Positions 1 to 12,055 of a DNA stretch of 64,000 nucleotides are shown here, piece by piece. Every line of letters starts with the position of its first letter. Position 1 is the stretch's first letter. The notes under the pieces were generated by a model that worked only from the letters and a program-made list of their open reading frames with translations, was not told the DNA's origin and did not search any database. Source of the stretch: Anaeramoeba ignava BMAN (lineage: Eukaryota; Protista; Anaeramoebae); contig JAPDFW010000093.1 of the NCBI GenBank assembly GCA_028826165.1, forward strand, positions 186,001 through 250,000, written 5' to 3'. Both the position numbers and the translations under genes were made by a program.

Positions 1-1198
1 ATTCAAATTGATGCAAAAAATTACAAAAATCAAACACCACTTCATTTATTATGTCAAAATAATCAAAATGAGAAAATATTGAAACTACTCATAAAACACG
101 GAGCAAACACTCAAAACATTGATTCATTCAAAAATACTCCTCTTCATTATTGTTGCTTGAGAAAACCAAGTTTGGATTTCATTAAAATAATCATCCAAAC
201 AAAACCTGAAATTAGCCCACAAAATTCAGAAAAAAAATCACCATTATATTATCTTTTATTATCCAAATCAACTGGCGAATCTGCAGATTTTTTACTCGAA
301 AATGGAGCTATTGAAGAACTTTATAATTTTTCTGATGGTTTTATTATAAAAATTTTCAGAACTTTTAATAGTTGTTTAATTGATTTGTTTGTAAATTGGG
401 GTTTTGATATTGAACCATTTGTAATTTATTTAAGAAAGTTAAACGATTGTTTTTTATCTTAAATTTACTCAAAAAAAATATTCCTTTTCTTTAATTTAAT
501 GAATTTAGATGAAAAGAAAAAATTCACAATTTATTCAAAAATATCGACAAATATTTTCAATTTGTGAAGACTTTATAAAATTATTCCGAAGACAAGAATT
601 AACAGATTACGAAATTAAATGTATCGATGGAACTATTTCTGTGCATAAAATAATTTTGTTATCAAGAATAAAAGAAATTGGAATTGAAAATTTTACTTTT
701 CATTTATCAAAACTGGAAAAAAAAGAAGCAAATGAAATTTTGATGTTTGTCTATTCAGGATTAATCAAAAAAAATTATGTAAAATTAGTTGATTTTTTTG
801 CAAAAATGGGAATTAAAAAGGAATTGTTTTGGAAAAAAATTGGAAGAAAAGGATTATTATTTGATTTCAAGAGGTTATTTGAAGATGAAGAAAGCAAAGA
901 TTTTGAAATTATTTTGGAGAATTCTCAAATTAAAGCTCACAAAACAATTCTTATAGCTCGATCTGAACTTTTTCGAGGAATGTTTAATAGTGTTCAGGAT
1001 GATTCTAACCAAGTTCATGATTATTCTGGTTTTTCTTCTGATACAATTGAAGTTTTGATTAAGTTTATTTATTTGGATGAGATTGAAGAGAGTTTGGATG
1101 ATTTAGTTTTAAATGAGTTGTTTGATTCTTGTGAATATTTCCAGTTGAATCGTTATTCAAAAATTCATGGAGAATTATTTGAACAGAAACAAAAATAG
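1..1198 (+). CDS. Ankyrin-repeat + tandem BTB/POZ protein (5' end outside window); intron 421-508
   Basis: Ankyrin motifs QTPLHLLC, NTPLHYCC, KSPLYYLL. A phase-0 GT..AG intron joins them to ORF 509-1198, which has two BTB-like segments (SVHKIILLSR; KDFEIIL..IKAHKTILIARSELFRGMF..EYFQL). Confidence 0.85.
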
Positions 1199-1426
1199 AA
1201 ACAAAATTAAAAATAAAATTAAAAATATTTTTTTCCGAATAATTTTATTATTTTTCTTGTTTTAAAATAAAATAAAAGTAGAATTCAAATCAATTTCAAA
1301 ATAATTGCCCAATAATAATGATAAGAATAAATAATAACAAACTTGAATAATTTGAAAAGTAAAAAAATGAAAAAATTAACTAAGAGAATTTTTGAAATAA
1401 AAAAAAAAGTTTTTTCTTCTAAATAT

Positions 1427-2902
1427 TTAAATATTTAAAGATAAATTGCGAAAAATTGCAAGTCTTTGAGGAATTTGTTTTTTTGGTTGTTCTAAAGAGA
1501 ATAAATCAAAAGTTAAAGGATTATCTGGAGTTTCAATTTTATGATGAATAAATCTACATCTTTTACCATATGGACAAAAACCTCTGTTATGAAAAGATTT
1601 GCAAATTTGGGTTTTATATTTTGGGTGTCTAGTCACAGATCTATTAATGAATTTTTGAGAATATTGAATATTAAATATTGAATTGAATATTAAATATTGA
1701 ATTAAATTGAATATTAAATATTGAATATTGAATTGAATTGAATTGAATTGAATATTGAATATTGAATATTGAATATTGAATTGAATATTAAATTGAATTG
1801 AATATTGAATATTGAATATTGAATATTGAATATTGAATATTGAATATTGAATATTGAATATTGAATATTGAATTTTGAATATTGAATATTGGAATGAATA
1901 TTGAAATATTGGGAATGAATTTTTGAATGGAATCGAATTGAATATTGAATATTGAATATTGAATATTGAATATTGAATATTGAATATTGGGAATGTGAAT
2001 ATTGAAATAAATTGAATATTGAATATTGAATGAATTGAATGAATTGGAAATTGAATTGGAATTGAAATTTGGTGAATATTGGTGAATTGAATATTGAATT
2101 GAATTGAATTGGTAAATTGAAATAATTGAATATTGAATTGAAATTTGGAATGGAATGTGAAATGAATTGAAATTGAAATTGAATATTGAATAAAATTGAA
2201 TTGAATATTGAATTAAATATTGTATTGAATATTGAATCCAAATTGAATATTGAAATGGAATATTGAATGAATATTGGAAAATATTGAATATTGAATTAAA
2301 TATTGAATATTGAATATTAAATATTGAATTAAATATTGAATATTGAATTGAATATTGAATATTGAATTGAATTGAATATTGAATATTGAATATTGAATTG
2401 AATTGAATTGAATTGAATATTAAATTGAATTGAATATTGAATATTGAATTTTTGAATTGAATTGAATTTTTGATTTGATTTAATTTTTTTTAAATGATTT
2501 ATACCTAAGTTCATGATAACCATGTGCAAATTGACATTTGTTTCCATATTTACAAAATCCTTTTTCTTCCCATGATCTGCAAAGTTCAGTTTTATAAAGT
2601 GAAGGAGGTTGTTGTTTTACTTTTTTTTGTTTTTTCTTTTTTTTTGGACTTTTTGATAAAATTTGAGAAGGAAATTGTTCTTCATTTGAATAAGAATTTT
2701 GATTTGGTGATTCAAGTTGATTTTCTATTAATTTTGTTGATTTATTTCGATGAATTTTTTGAAATGCTTTTGCTATTTCTGAATTTTGATTTGTGATCGA
2801 ATTTTGAATTGATTTAGAATTGTTTGAAATTTGTGAAGTTTGAATAAATAATGAATTTCCAAGTAAAAAATTAGTTGGTTGATAATAAAAATGTTTTAAC
2901 AT
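1427..2902 (-). CDS. Tandem CCCH zinc-finger RNA-binding protein, TIS11/ZFP36 (tristetraprolin) family; intron 1641-2504
   Basis: [26 protein letters not shown] and [25 protein letters not shown]. Splicing restores the linker [13 protein letters not shown]. The C-terminal RLAIFRNLS resembles the CNOT1-binding RLPIF motif. Confidence 0.92.
1655..2480. repeat. Intronic microsatellite, (AATATTG)n mixed with (AATTG)n
   Basis: Directly visible; it fills the 864-bp intron. Confidence 0.95.
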
Positions 2903-3452
2903 TTTTAATAAAAATAAAAATAAAAATAAAAATAATAAATTTTAATAAAGATAAAAAATAAAAAGAAAAGAAAAATAAAATTTTTTTTTTTAAATTTTTT
3001 TTTTTTTTTTCAGGCAAAACAAACTCAAAAAAAAATTAAAATAAAAATTAAAAACTTGATTTGGAAATTAAAATAAAAATTAAAATTAAATTAAAATTAA
3101 ATTAATTTAAAATAAAAATTTGATTTGGAAAATAAAAATTTTTGATTAAATTTTTTTCTTGTTAAATAAATAAAAAGATCAGTTTAATTTAAACCCCCTT
3201 TTTTATTTATTTTCCTTTTTTAAAAATACTAATCCAAAAAAAAATTAAATTTATTGTTTATATTAATTCTATTTAATTTCTTTTTCTTTGTTGTATTTTT
3301 TATTTATTTAGATCAATTTTTTAATTAAAAAAATAAATTTAAAATTGTTTTAAATTAAAATCAAATAAGCAAAATTCACATTTAAAAAATCAAATCCAAA
3401 AAATCAAAATTTTTTGATCTTTTTTATTTTTATTATTATTTTTATTTTTAAT

Positions 3453-5132
3453 TTAATCTTCTTTTAAAACATAAAGAAGTTCATTATTTTGAATTCCTTC
3501 TTCTTCTAAAGTTTTATTTGGATCATCAAAAATTTTTTTTGGGAAATTTTTAACTAAAGTAAAAGGAGAATCAGATAAAGCATCTTGAGAAGAAAGATAA
3601 ATCCAATCAAAAATAACTTGAATTTTATCTTGTTTATAAAAACGTCTTTGAATTCTTTGTGAATTTGGAAGTTTAATTGCAATTGTAAGAACATTTGAAT
3701 CATTTGCATTTTCTGGTTCAGAAGGCAAATTTTGTTTTTTTTCTTCTAATTCTTTTTGCCAAGCAAGTTCTCTTTCTCTTTTTTGTCTTTCTTTTCTTTC
3801 TTTTTCTTCTTTTCGTTTTTTTTCTTCTTCTTTTTCTTTTTTTTCTCTTTCTTCTTCAAGAATATCTCTTTCTCTATCAATTAGTAAAGAATTAAGGAAT
3901 TCTTGATCTTGTTCTTGGATAATTGAAGTATTTGAATCAATGTTTTGACTAAAAAAAAGCAAATAATTTTTTGCCTTCTTAATTTAATTTACAAAATACA
4001 AAATATAAATATAAATTACTTTTTTGTTAAAGTTGATGATTTTCTTAATTCTGATTCTTCTAAAGAATTACAAAGTCCTAAAAGAAGTTCATTTACTGTA
4101 AATTCTCCTTCAAAAATTCTTTGATAAAGTGTTTCTTCTGATGAATCTGTTGAGATTATTGCAAGAAAAGGATAACATCTTGCTTCAAGAATTAAACTTA
4201 ATTTATATCCACTTGTTCTTCTAATTGAATCACCCCATAAAATAAAGTTTTGGTTTAAAAAAGAAATTGTTCTTGGATCATCAAGAATATTTCTAAAGAA
4301 AAAAAGAAAAGAAATTTAGATTGATTTTTTTTCATTTGTTTTTCTCATTTAGTTTACTCAATAAAATAATTTGTTCTTGAATGTAAATCAGAATGTAGAT
4401 AAACAACAAGTAATTTTTCATTTTGTTTTGCAAGTTCAAAAGCCTCTTGATAAGAACCTTGAAAAAATTGTGGATATTCACGACCGATTGAACGAATTTG
4501 ATTGAGAAAAAATTCTTAAATATTGAAATAAATATTAAATAAAATATTAAAAATATTTAAATATATTTTTACGATTATCAGCATTTGGATCTTTTGTTAA
4601 TATCTCAATTGTATTTTTTGCAAATCCAATAACATTATTAACTACTTGAGAAAAAAAATTTCCATTTCTATTTTTGTTTGTAATACTTTCAATTGGTGTT
4701 TTTGGTTTTTCATCATTTAAATTGTGAATTGGTGTAAATATATTTTCTGAATTTAATTGTAATTTTTTTTCATCTTCATTTTCACTTTTATTTTCATCAT
4801 TTTCATTTTCATTTTCATTTTTATTCCATTCAAAATTATCTTGTTCTAATTCTTTCTCATTTTTATTATTTTTTTCATTTTCATTATCAAATTCATTTGG
4901 ATTGAAAAGATATTGATTAATTGACATCTTTTGTAATAATAATAAAAATAAATAAAAATAATAAAATATTGTTGTTATTGTTATTTTTTTGTTTTTAAAA
5001 AATAAAACCAACTTGAAGATTCCAATTATTTTTTTCTAAAATTTTTTTTGCAATTATTTCATCATTAATTTTTGTTATTCTTTGAAATTCTTGAATAATT
5101 CGTTCATTTCCAAAATTTTGTAAGTTTGACAT
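3453..5132 (-). CDS. UBA-like/UAS/coiled-coil/UBX protein (FAF1/FAF2-like p97/Cdc48 cofactor), multi-exon
   Basis: N-terminal IQEFQRITKIND..LEKNNWNLQ; UAS-like FFQGSYQEAFELAK..LLVVYLHS; IIQEQDQEFLNSL coiled coil; UBX IAIKLPNSQRIQRRF..NFPKK..TLEEEG. Confidence 0.85.
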
Positions 5133-5224
5133 TCTTTAAAAAATTGAAAAAAAAATAAAAAAAATGAAATTTTAATTTTTTTAATTTTTTTCATTTTTTT
5201 CTTTTTTTAATTTTTAAAAAAAAA

Positions 5225-8200
5225 ATGTTAAAAGTTGGTAAAAAAGTAAAATTTGGAGAGAAAATAGGAACGATTCGTTATATTGGACCAACAACATTTG
5301 CATCAGGAGTTTGGATAGGAATTGAATTAGAACAATCTGGTAAAAAAATGAAGAAAAAAAGAAACAAAAAAATTTTAATTAAAAAATAAAACAAAAATTT
5401 TTTAATACAAAATAGAAGGAACAAATAACGGTTCAATAAACGGGATTCAATATTTTTCTTCTAAAGAAAAGCGTGGAATTTTTCTTAGAGCTGAAAATCT
5501 CAAAAACAAAATTTTTATTGATCAAAAAAAAGTAGAAACGATGCAACATTTTTTATCTAAAGGACATTTATTATTTTCAAGAACACATTCACTTTCTCAG
5601 AATTTTGATGACAAATTAGAATTTTCAATCACAGAAAATAACCAATTTAACAAATTAAAAGAAAAAACAAAATCAATTGAAAAAAAAGCACAAATTATTA
5701 TCTCAGAAAAGATAATAATAATAATAATAACAATGATAATAACAATAATAATAATGATTTAAAAAAAGACAATGAAGAAATTGAAAAAATTCAAAACCAG
5801 CAAATTGAAATTCAAGGTATTGAAGATGAGAGCAATAATCGTAAGTTAGAAGTTATTTTATTTCCATTTATTTTTATTATTTTCGAAAAATTTCATTTTA
5901 AAAAAAAAATTTTTTTAATTCAAAATTCGAAAAATTTTTTAGCTTTATCTTCTCTTAAACAAGTTGTTAAAAAACATGAAGAAACTTTCCAGAAATTAAT
6001 TCAAGAAAGAGATCATTTCAAAAATCAAGTTGAAGAATTAAATTTAAAAATTAGTCAAAAAGGAGAAGAAGGAAAAAAATTTATTGAAAATCATAAAGAT
6101 TGGCAAAAATATTTTGAAATTAAAAAAAAATCCAAAGAATTAAAGAACTTAGTTAGATATGGAAAATTAGAAGGACAACATTTACTTTATCGGATTCAAG
6201 TGAATATTTTTTTTTTTAAAAAAAAAATTTTGTTGAATTCTTTCTTAATTTTAATTCAATATAAAAAAAATAATAGGAAGAAAAAAAAAAACTTGATTTA
6301 ACGAATGAAGATATTTTACAAAAACAAATTGATGATTTAAAATCAGAAATTCAAGAGGCTCGAAAATTGCACAATCATTATATTGAAGAACAAAAAAGAA
6401 TTGATGAAGAATTAATGTTTTCAGGAATTAATCTTGAAGTTGCAAGAAGTTCTATTAAAACAGAAATTGGTAATTTTCAATCAATAGAAATTCAATCAAT
6501 TTGAATTTTTTTTGAAAATTATTTTTTTATTATGATTATTATTAGCAAATGTCAAAAAGAAAATTCGTGAAAAAGAAAGAGAAGCGATGAAAAAGGAATT
6601 TTATCGACGCAGATTGATTAGTCAAATTAATAATAATTTTTCAAAAGAAGGAATTATTGAAATGCGTAATAAAGCAAAGTCACTAGAAATTGAATTGAAA
6701 AGAACAAAAAAGCAAATTGTAGAATATGAAAGAGCACAAAATCAAATTCAGCCAAGTACAAAACTTTTAAAAAATTAATTTAATTTAAAAATGAATTTAA
6801 TTTAAAAACTGAATTTAAAAAATGAATTTAATTTAAAAACTGAATTTAATTTAAAATGAATTTAATTTAAAATGAATTTAATTTAAAAATGAATTTAATT
6901 TAAAAATGAATTTAATTAAAATTGAATTTAATTAAAATTGAATTTAATTTAAAACTGAATTTAATTTAAAAAATGAATTTAATTTAAAAATGAATTTAAT
7001 TTAAAATGAATTTAATTTAAAAAATTAATTTAATTAAAAATTAATTTAATTTAAAAATGAATTTAATTTAAAAACTGAATTTAATTTAAAAACGAATTTA
7101 ATTTAAAAATGAATTTAATTTAAAATTGAATTTAATTTAAAAATGAATTTAATTTAAAAACTGAATTTAATTTAAAAACTGAATTTAATTTAAAAATGAA
7201 TTTAATTTAAAAATGAATTTAATTTAAAAATGAATTTAATTTAAAAATTGAATTTAATTTAAAAATTGAATTTAATTTAAAAATGAATTTAATTTAAAAA
7301 ATGGATTTAATTTAAAAATTAATTTAATTAAAATTGAATTTAATTTAAAATGAATTTAATTTAAAAATGAATTTAATTTAAAAATGAATTTAATTTAAAA
7401 AATTGAATTTAATTTAAAAACTTAATTTAATTTAAAAACTTAATTTAATTTAAAAATGGATTTAAAAAATGAATTTAATTTAAAAATGAATTTTAAAAAT
7501 TAATTTAATTTAAAAATGAATTTTAAAAATTAATTTAATTTAAAAATGAATTTTAAAAATTAATTTAATTTAATTTAAAAATTGAATTTAATTTAAAAAC
7601 TGAATTTAATTTAAAAATGAATTTAATTAAAATTGAATTTAATTTAAAACTGAATTTAATTTAAAAATGAATTTAATTTAAAAACTAATTTAATTTAAAA
7701 ACTGAATTTAATTTAAAAACTGAATTTAATTTAAAAATTAATTTAATTTAAAAACTGAATTTAATTTAAAAATGAATTTAATTTAAAAAATGAATTTTAA
7801 AAATGAATTTAAAAAAAAAAGCTCCATTATCTGAAATGCCAGAAAATAAAGCACAATGGATTGCTGCTGTTATGAAAAAATATCCAAAGGTTCTTGAAAT
7901 GCGTGAAAGATTAAGACCATTGCAAAGATCTTTAACATTTGGAAGATTAAAAAATGCAGCAAAAACTGAAGCACGTGATGCTTTACCAAAAGATTCAGTA
8001 ATTGAAATTATTATGCAATATTTTAAACAAGAAGGATATGATCCAATAGTAGATTATTTAGTTGACAAAACAGGAGTTCCATGTAAAAAAAATCAATTTA
8101 AAACTTAATTTAAACATTTAATTTAAACAATCAATTTAAAACTGAATTTAAAACTTAATTTAAAACTGAATTTAAAATTTAATTTAAAACTGAATTTAAA

Positions 8201-10877
8201 ACTTAATTTAAAATTGAATTTAAAACTTAATTTAAACAATCAATTTAAAACTTAATTTAAAACTGAATTTAAAATTGAATTTAAAACTTAATTTAAAACT
8301 TAATTTAAAACTGAATTTAAAACTGAATTTAAAACTGAATTTAAAACTTAATTTAAAACTGAATTTAAAAACTTAATTTAAACAATCAATTTAAAAATGA
8401 ATTTAAAACTGAATTTAAAACTGAATTTAAAACTGAATTTAAAACTTAATTTAAAACTGAATTTAAAACTGAATTTAAAACTTAATTTAAAATTTAATTT
8501 AAAACTGAATTTAAAAACTTAATTTAATTTTCTCAAATTATAAAATATATCAGATAAAGAACCTTATTTCCATGATAGTGGAATTTTAGATTTACTTACA
8601 CTTGAAATTAGAGATGTATCAAAAATTTGGGATGCTAATTTAGATGGAGTTCAAAATCCAATTGCACAAGAAGAAATATTTGAAAAACCGGAAGATAATC
8701 CAAAATTTTTTCAACGTAAATTGTTTCATTATTTGAATATTTTTTAAGCTATTTTGCTTAATTTTGAAAAATTTTTTTAATTTAATTTAATTTAATTTAA
8801 TTTAATTTAATTTAATTAGTTGATGATGATGATGTTTCAATTTGGGATGAACCTCCAGATAATCCAAATAACATTCGTTACGATGAAGAATTAATGGCCC
8901 AATTAAATGACGCAACTCAAAATTATTTAAATGTTATTTTATTTGCTAATTTGAATAAATTAATTGAGAAACTTACTTATCATCATAAATTAATTGGTAG
9001 TTAAAATTAAAATTTATTAAAATTAAAATTAAAATTAAAATTAAAATCAATATCAAAATTAAAATTAAAATTAATATTAAAATTAAAATTAAAATTCATT
9101 TATAAAATTAAAATTATAAAATTAAAATTAAATTTAAATTAAAATTAAAATTAAAATTAAAAAATAAAATTTATTAAAATTAAATTTAAATTTAAAATTA
9201 AAATTAAAATTAAAATTAAAATTAAAATTAAAAAATAAAATTTATTAAAATTAAAATTAAAATTAAAATTTATTAAAAATTAAAAATTAAAATTAAAATT
9301 AAAATTAAAATTTAATATTAAAATTAAAATTAAAATTAAAATTAAAATTAAAATTAAAATTAAAATTAAAAATTAAAATCAATATTAAAATTAATATTAA
9401 AATCAATATTAAAATTAAAATTAAAATTAAAATTAAGATCACAAATATGAAGAAGCATTTTTAATGACATATCAATCATTTATCAAACCAGAACATTTAT
9501 TTTTCAAGTTACTTCAAAGAATGAAAATCCCAGAAAATAGACCTGAAATTTTATCAAAGAGTCGAAAATTAATTCTTACAAGAGTCAAACATATTTTCAA
9601 AGTTTGGCTTGAAAAATATCCATTAGATATTCCACCAAAATTATTGGAACATCTTAAGCAAGTCTTGCATCAACACAGATCAAAAGATTCTACTTCTCAA
9701 CGTATAATTACTTTAATTGATCAAATTACCACTTCTAGAAAAAATCCGAAAGTTATTGATGTTCCTACATCAATGAGAAAAATTCATAAGAAAAAATTTC
9801 AAGCACCAGAACCTTTAGAAATGGAACCAAGAATTCCAAAAAATTTATTTTCTCATGATTTACAACTTTCACATATTGGTAGATAATATTTTGAAAATTA
9901 AAATTAAAATTCATTTATAAAATTAAAATTCATTTATAAAATTAAAATTCATTTATAAAATTAAAATTCATTTATAAAATTAAAATTCATTTATAAAATT
10001 AAAATTAAAATTAAAATTCATTTTGAAAATTAAAATTAAAATTAAAATTAAAAATTAAAATTAAAATTAAAATTAAAATTAAAATTAATTTTGAAAATTA
10101 AATTTAAAATTAAAATTATAATTAATTTTGAAAATTAAAATCCATTTATAAAATTAAAAAAATAAAAAAGATGAAGTTGAACTTGCACGTCAAATGACGT
10201 TATGGAACTTCGCAGTATTTGAGAAAATCGAGCCTAGTGAGTTAGTAACACAGGCATGGAGCAAAGCGAAGTTGAAACACAAAGCACCAAATGTAACAAA
10301 GTTAATTGAACGATTCAATTTAATTGTAGGATATGTAGCGAAAGAAATCTTAACACCACCAACAGCAAAAGGAAGAAGCAAACAAATCATACGGTTTATA
10401 AAGGTAGCAGAAGCACTCTACGAATTGAACAATTTCAACGATCTTATGGCAATTGTGGCATCACTTGATAGCTCAGGAGTTAAAAGACTTGCTGACTCCT
10501 TTTCTCAAGTTCCTGCAAATTTTATTAATTTATTCACAAAGTATAAAACTCTTCTTTCTGCTGAAGCTAGATATAAAACTTACAGAGAAAAACTCTCCTC
10601 AATTCGTCTTACTTGCATACCTTATCTTGGAATGTATTTATCCGATATTGTTTATGTTTCTGATGGTTCCCCTGATAAGGTTGATGGTTTGATTAATTTC
10701 GCAAAAAGAAAAATGCTTTATAATATTATTATGGAAATCCAAAAATTTCAACAAATTCCTTATAATCTTACTTTTATTTTCCAAATCTCAGTTTTGTTCG
10801 AAAAAATTGAACTTCATACTGATAAACAATTATATAGTCTCTCCTTAGAACGTGAACCACGTGCTTCCAAAAAATAA
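5225..10877 (+). CDS. Ras-family GEF with N-terminal CAP-Gly, coiled coil, LisH, REM and CDC25 domains (multi-exon; introns include 5340-5415, 6756-7821, 8083-8553, ~8997-9437, 9879-10170)
   Basis: GTIRYIGPTTFASGVWIGIELEQS|EGTNNGSINGIQYF (CAP-Gly); SVIEIIMQYFKQEGY (LisH-like); FLMTYQSFIKPEHLF (REM); ELARQMTL..LNNFNDLMAIV..CIPYLGMYLSD..GLINFAK..SLEREP (CDC25). One probable homopolymer frameshift near 5690-5710. Confidence 0.75.
6775..7815. repeat. Intronic minisatellite, ~16-18-bp unit TGAATTTAATTTAAAAA
   Basis: Directly visible. The next three long introns carry related units: (AAAACTGAATTT)n at 8100-8525, (AAAATT)n at 9000-9435 and (AAAATTCATTTATAAAATT)n at 9895-10160. Confidence 0.95.
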
Positions 10878-11048
10878 TTTCTTCTTTAATTCAATTTTTA
10901 ATCCAATTTTTTTAATTCAATTTTTAATTTGTTTTTTTTTTGGAATGGAAAAAAAGATCAATAAAAGATAATAAAACAGTAAATATACCTTTACTTAAAA
11001 AATAAACTAATTTTCTTTTTCTTTTTTTATTTCCAAAAATCTATTTAA

Positions 11049-11143
11049 AAAAGAAAAAGAAATTTAAAACTGAAGTTGAAAGATTAACAAACAGACTTAA
11101 AATGGTTGAATTTGAAAAAGAAAATTTAAAGAAATTAATGTAA
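11049..11143 (+). pseudogene. Orphan 3' fragment of the PAS-coiled-coil family (KKKKFKTEVERLTNRLKMVEFEKENLKKLM*)
   Basis: Matches the array C-terminus. The following ~310 bp (to 11455) nearly duplicates 13842-14152. No upstream exons are present. Confidence 0.85.
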
Positions 11144-11749
11144 ATTGATTTTGTTCCACTTTTTTTTAAATCAATTCCAAAAATCAATTCCAAATTTTCT
11201 CTAATAAAATGGTTTGATTTTTAATTTTTTGATTAAATAATTTTCCAAAAAATTAAAAGGAGAAAAACAAATTTTCGCAAATTTTTTTTTTAATAATTCA
11301 ATAAAAATGTTGGATTTTATTTCTTTAAGAGATAAATCAAGGAATTAAAAGAGAAATAATTTTTTAAACATTTTTTAAATTAACTTTAAATAACATTAAT
11401 TAAATTTCTTTATTCTTTTTTTATTCTTTTTTTCTTTATTAAAATGATCATTGTGTTCTTTGATATTATGAAATGAAGTTTGGTTTGTTTAATTTATTAT
11501 TATTAATTTTATTCCTTTTTTTATTTTTATTTTTTATTTTATTTTTTTTGGATTTTTTGTTTTAAAAATAAAAGCGATCGATCGCAATTAAAATTTAATT
11601 TTAATTTTTAATTTTAATTTTAATTTTAAATTTAATTTATTTTTTTAATTAAAAAAAGAAGACAAAAATTTTTTTCTTTCTTAATCACTTTTTTCTTTTT
11701 CTTTTTTTTTTGGTTTGATATTTTTTTTTTATTATTAGAAAATTGAAAA

Positions 11750-12022
11750 ATGGGAAATGCAAACAATATTAAACACAAAATTACAAAAGCATCAATAAAG
11801 AAATATAGAAAAAAAATCTATTCATCTCAAGATGCAATTGCAGTTGTATCCCCAGAAAAGGGGTATATTGAAGCAAATGATGCTGCTGTAAAGCTATTTG
11901 AAGCTTCTTCAAAAGAAGAGTTGTTTAAACATCGCCCAGATACTCTAAGTCCTCAGTTTCAGGCTCATTTAGGCAAATCTTCTCATGAAGTTATGATGGA
12001 AGTTGTCCAAAAAGCTTTTCAG

Positions 12023-12055
<33 letters not shown>

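Noticed and set aside
1714-2547. ORFs rich in FNIQYSI repeats (and similar ORFs at 32083-33208, 38402-39213, 51188-51545, 53308-53553)
   Set aside because: They are translations of intronic or intergenic microsatellites, or alternative frames of a repeat, and have no protein features.
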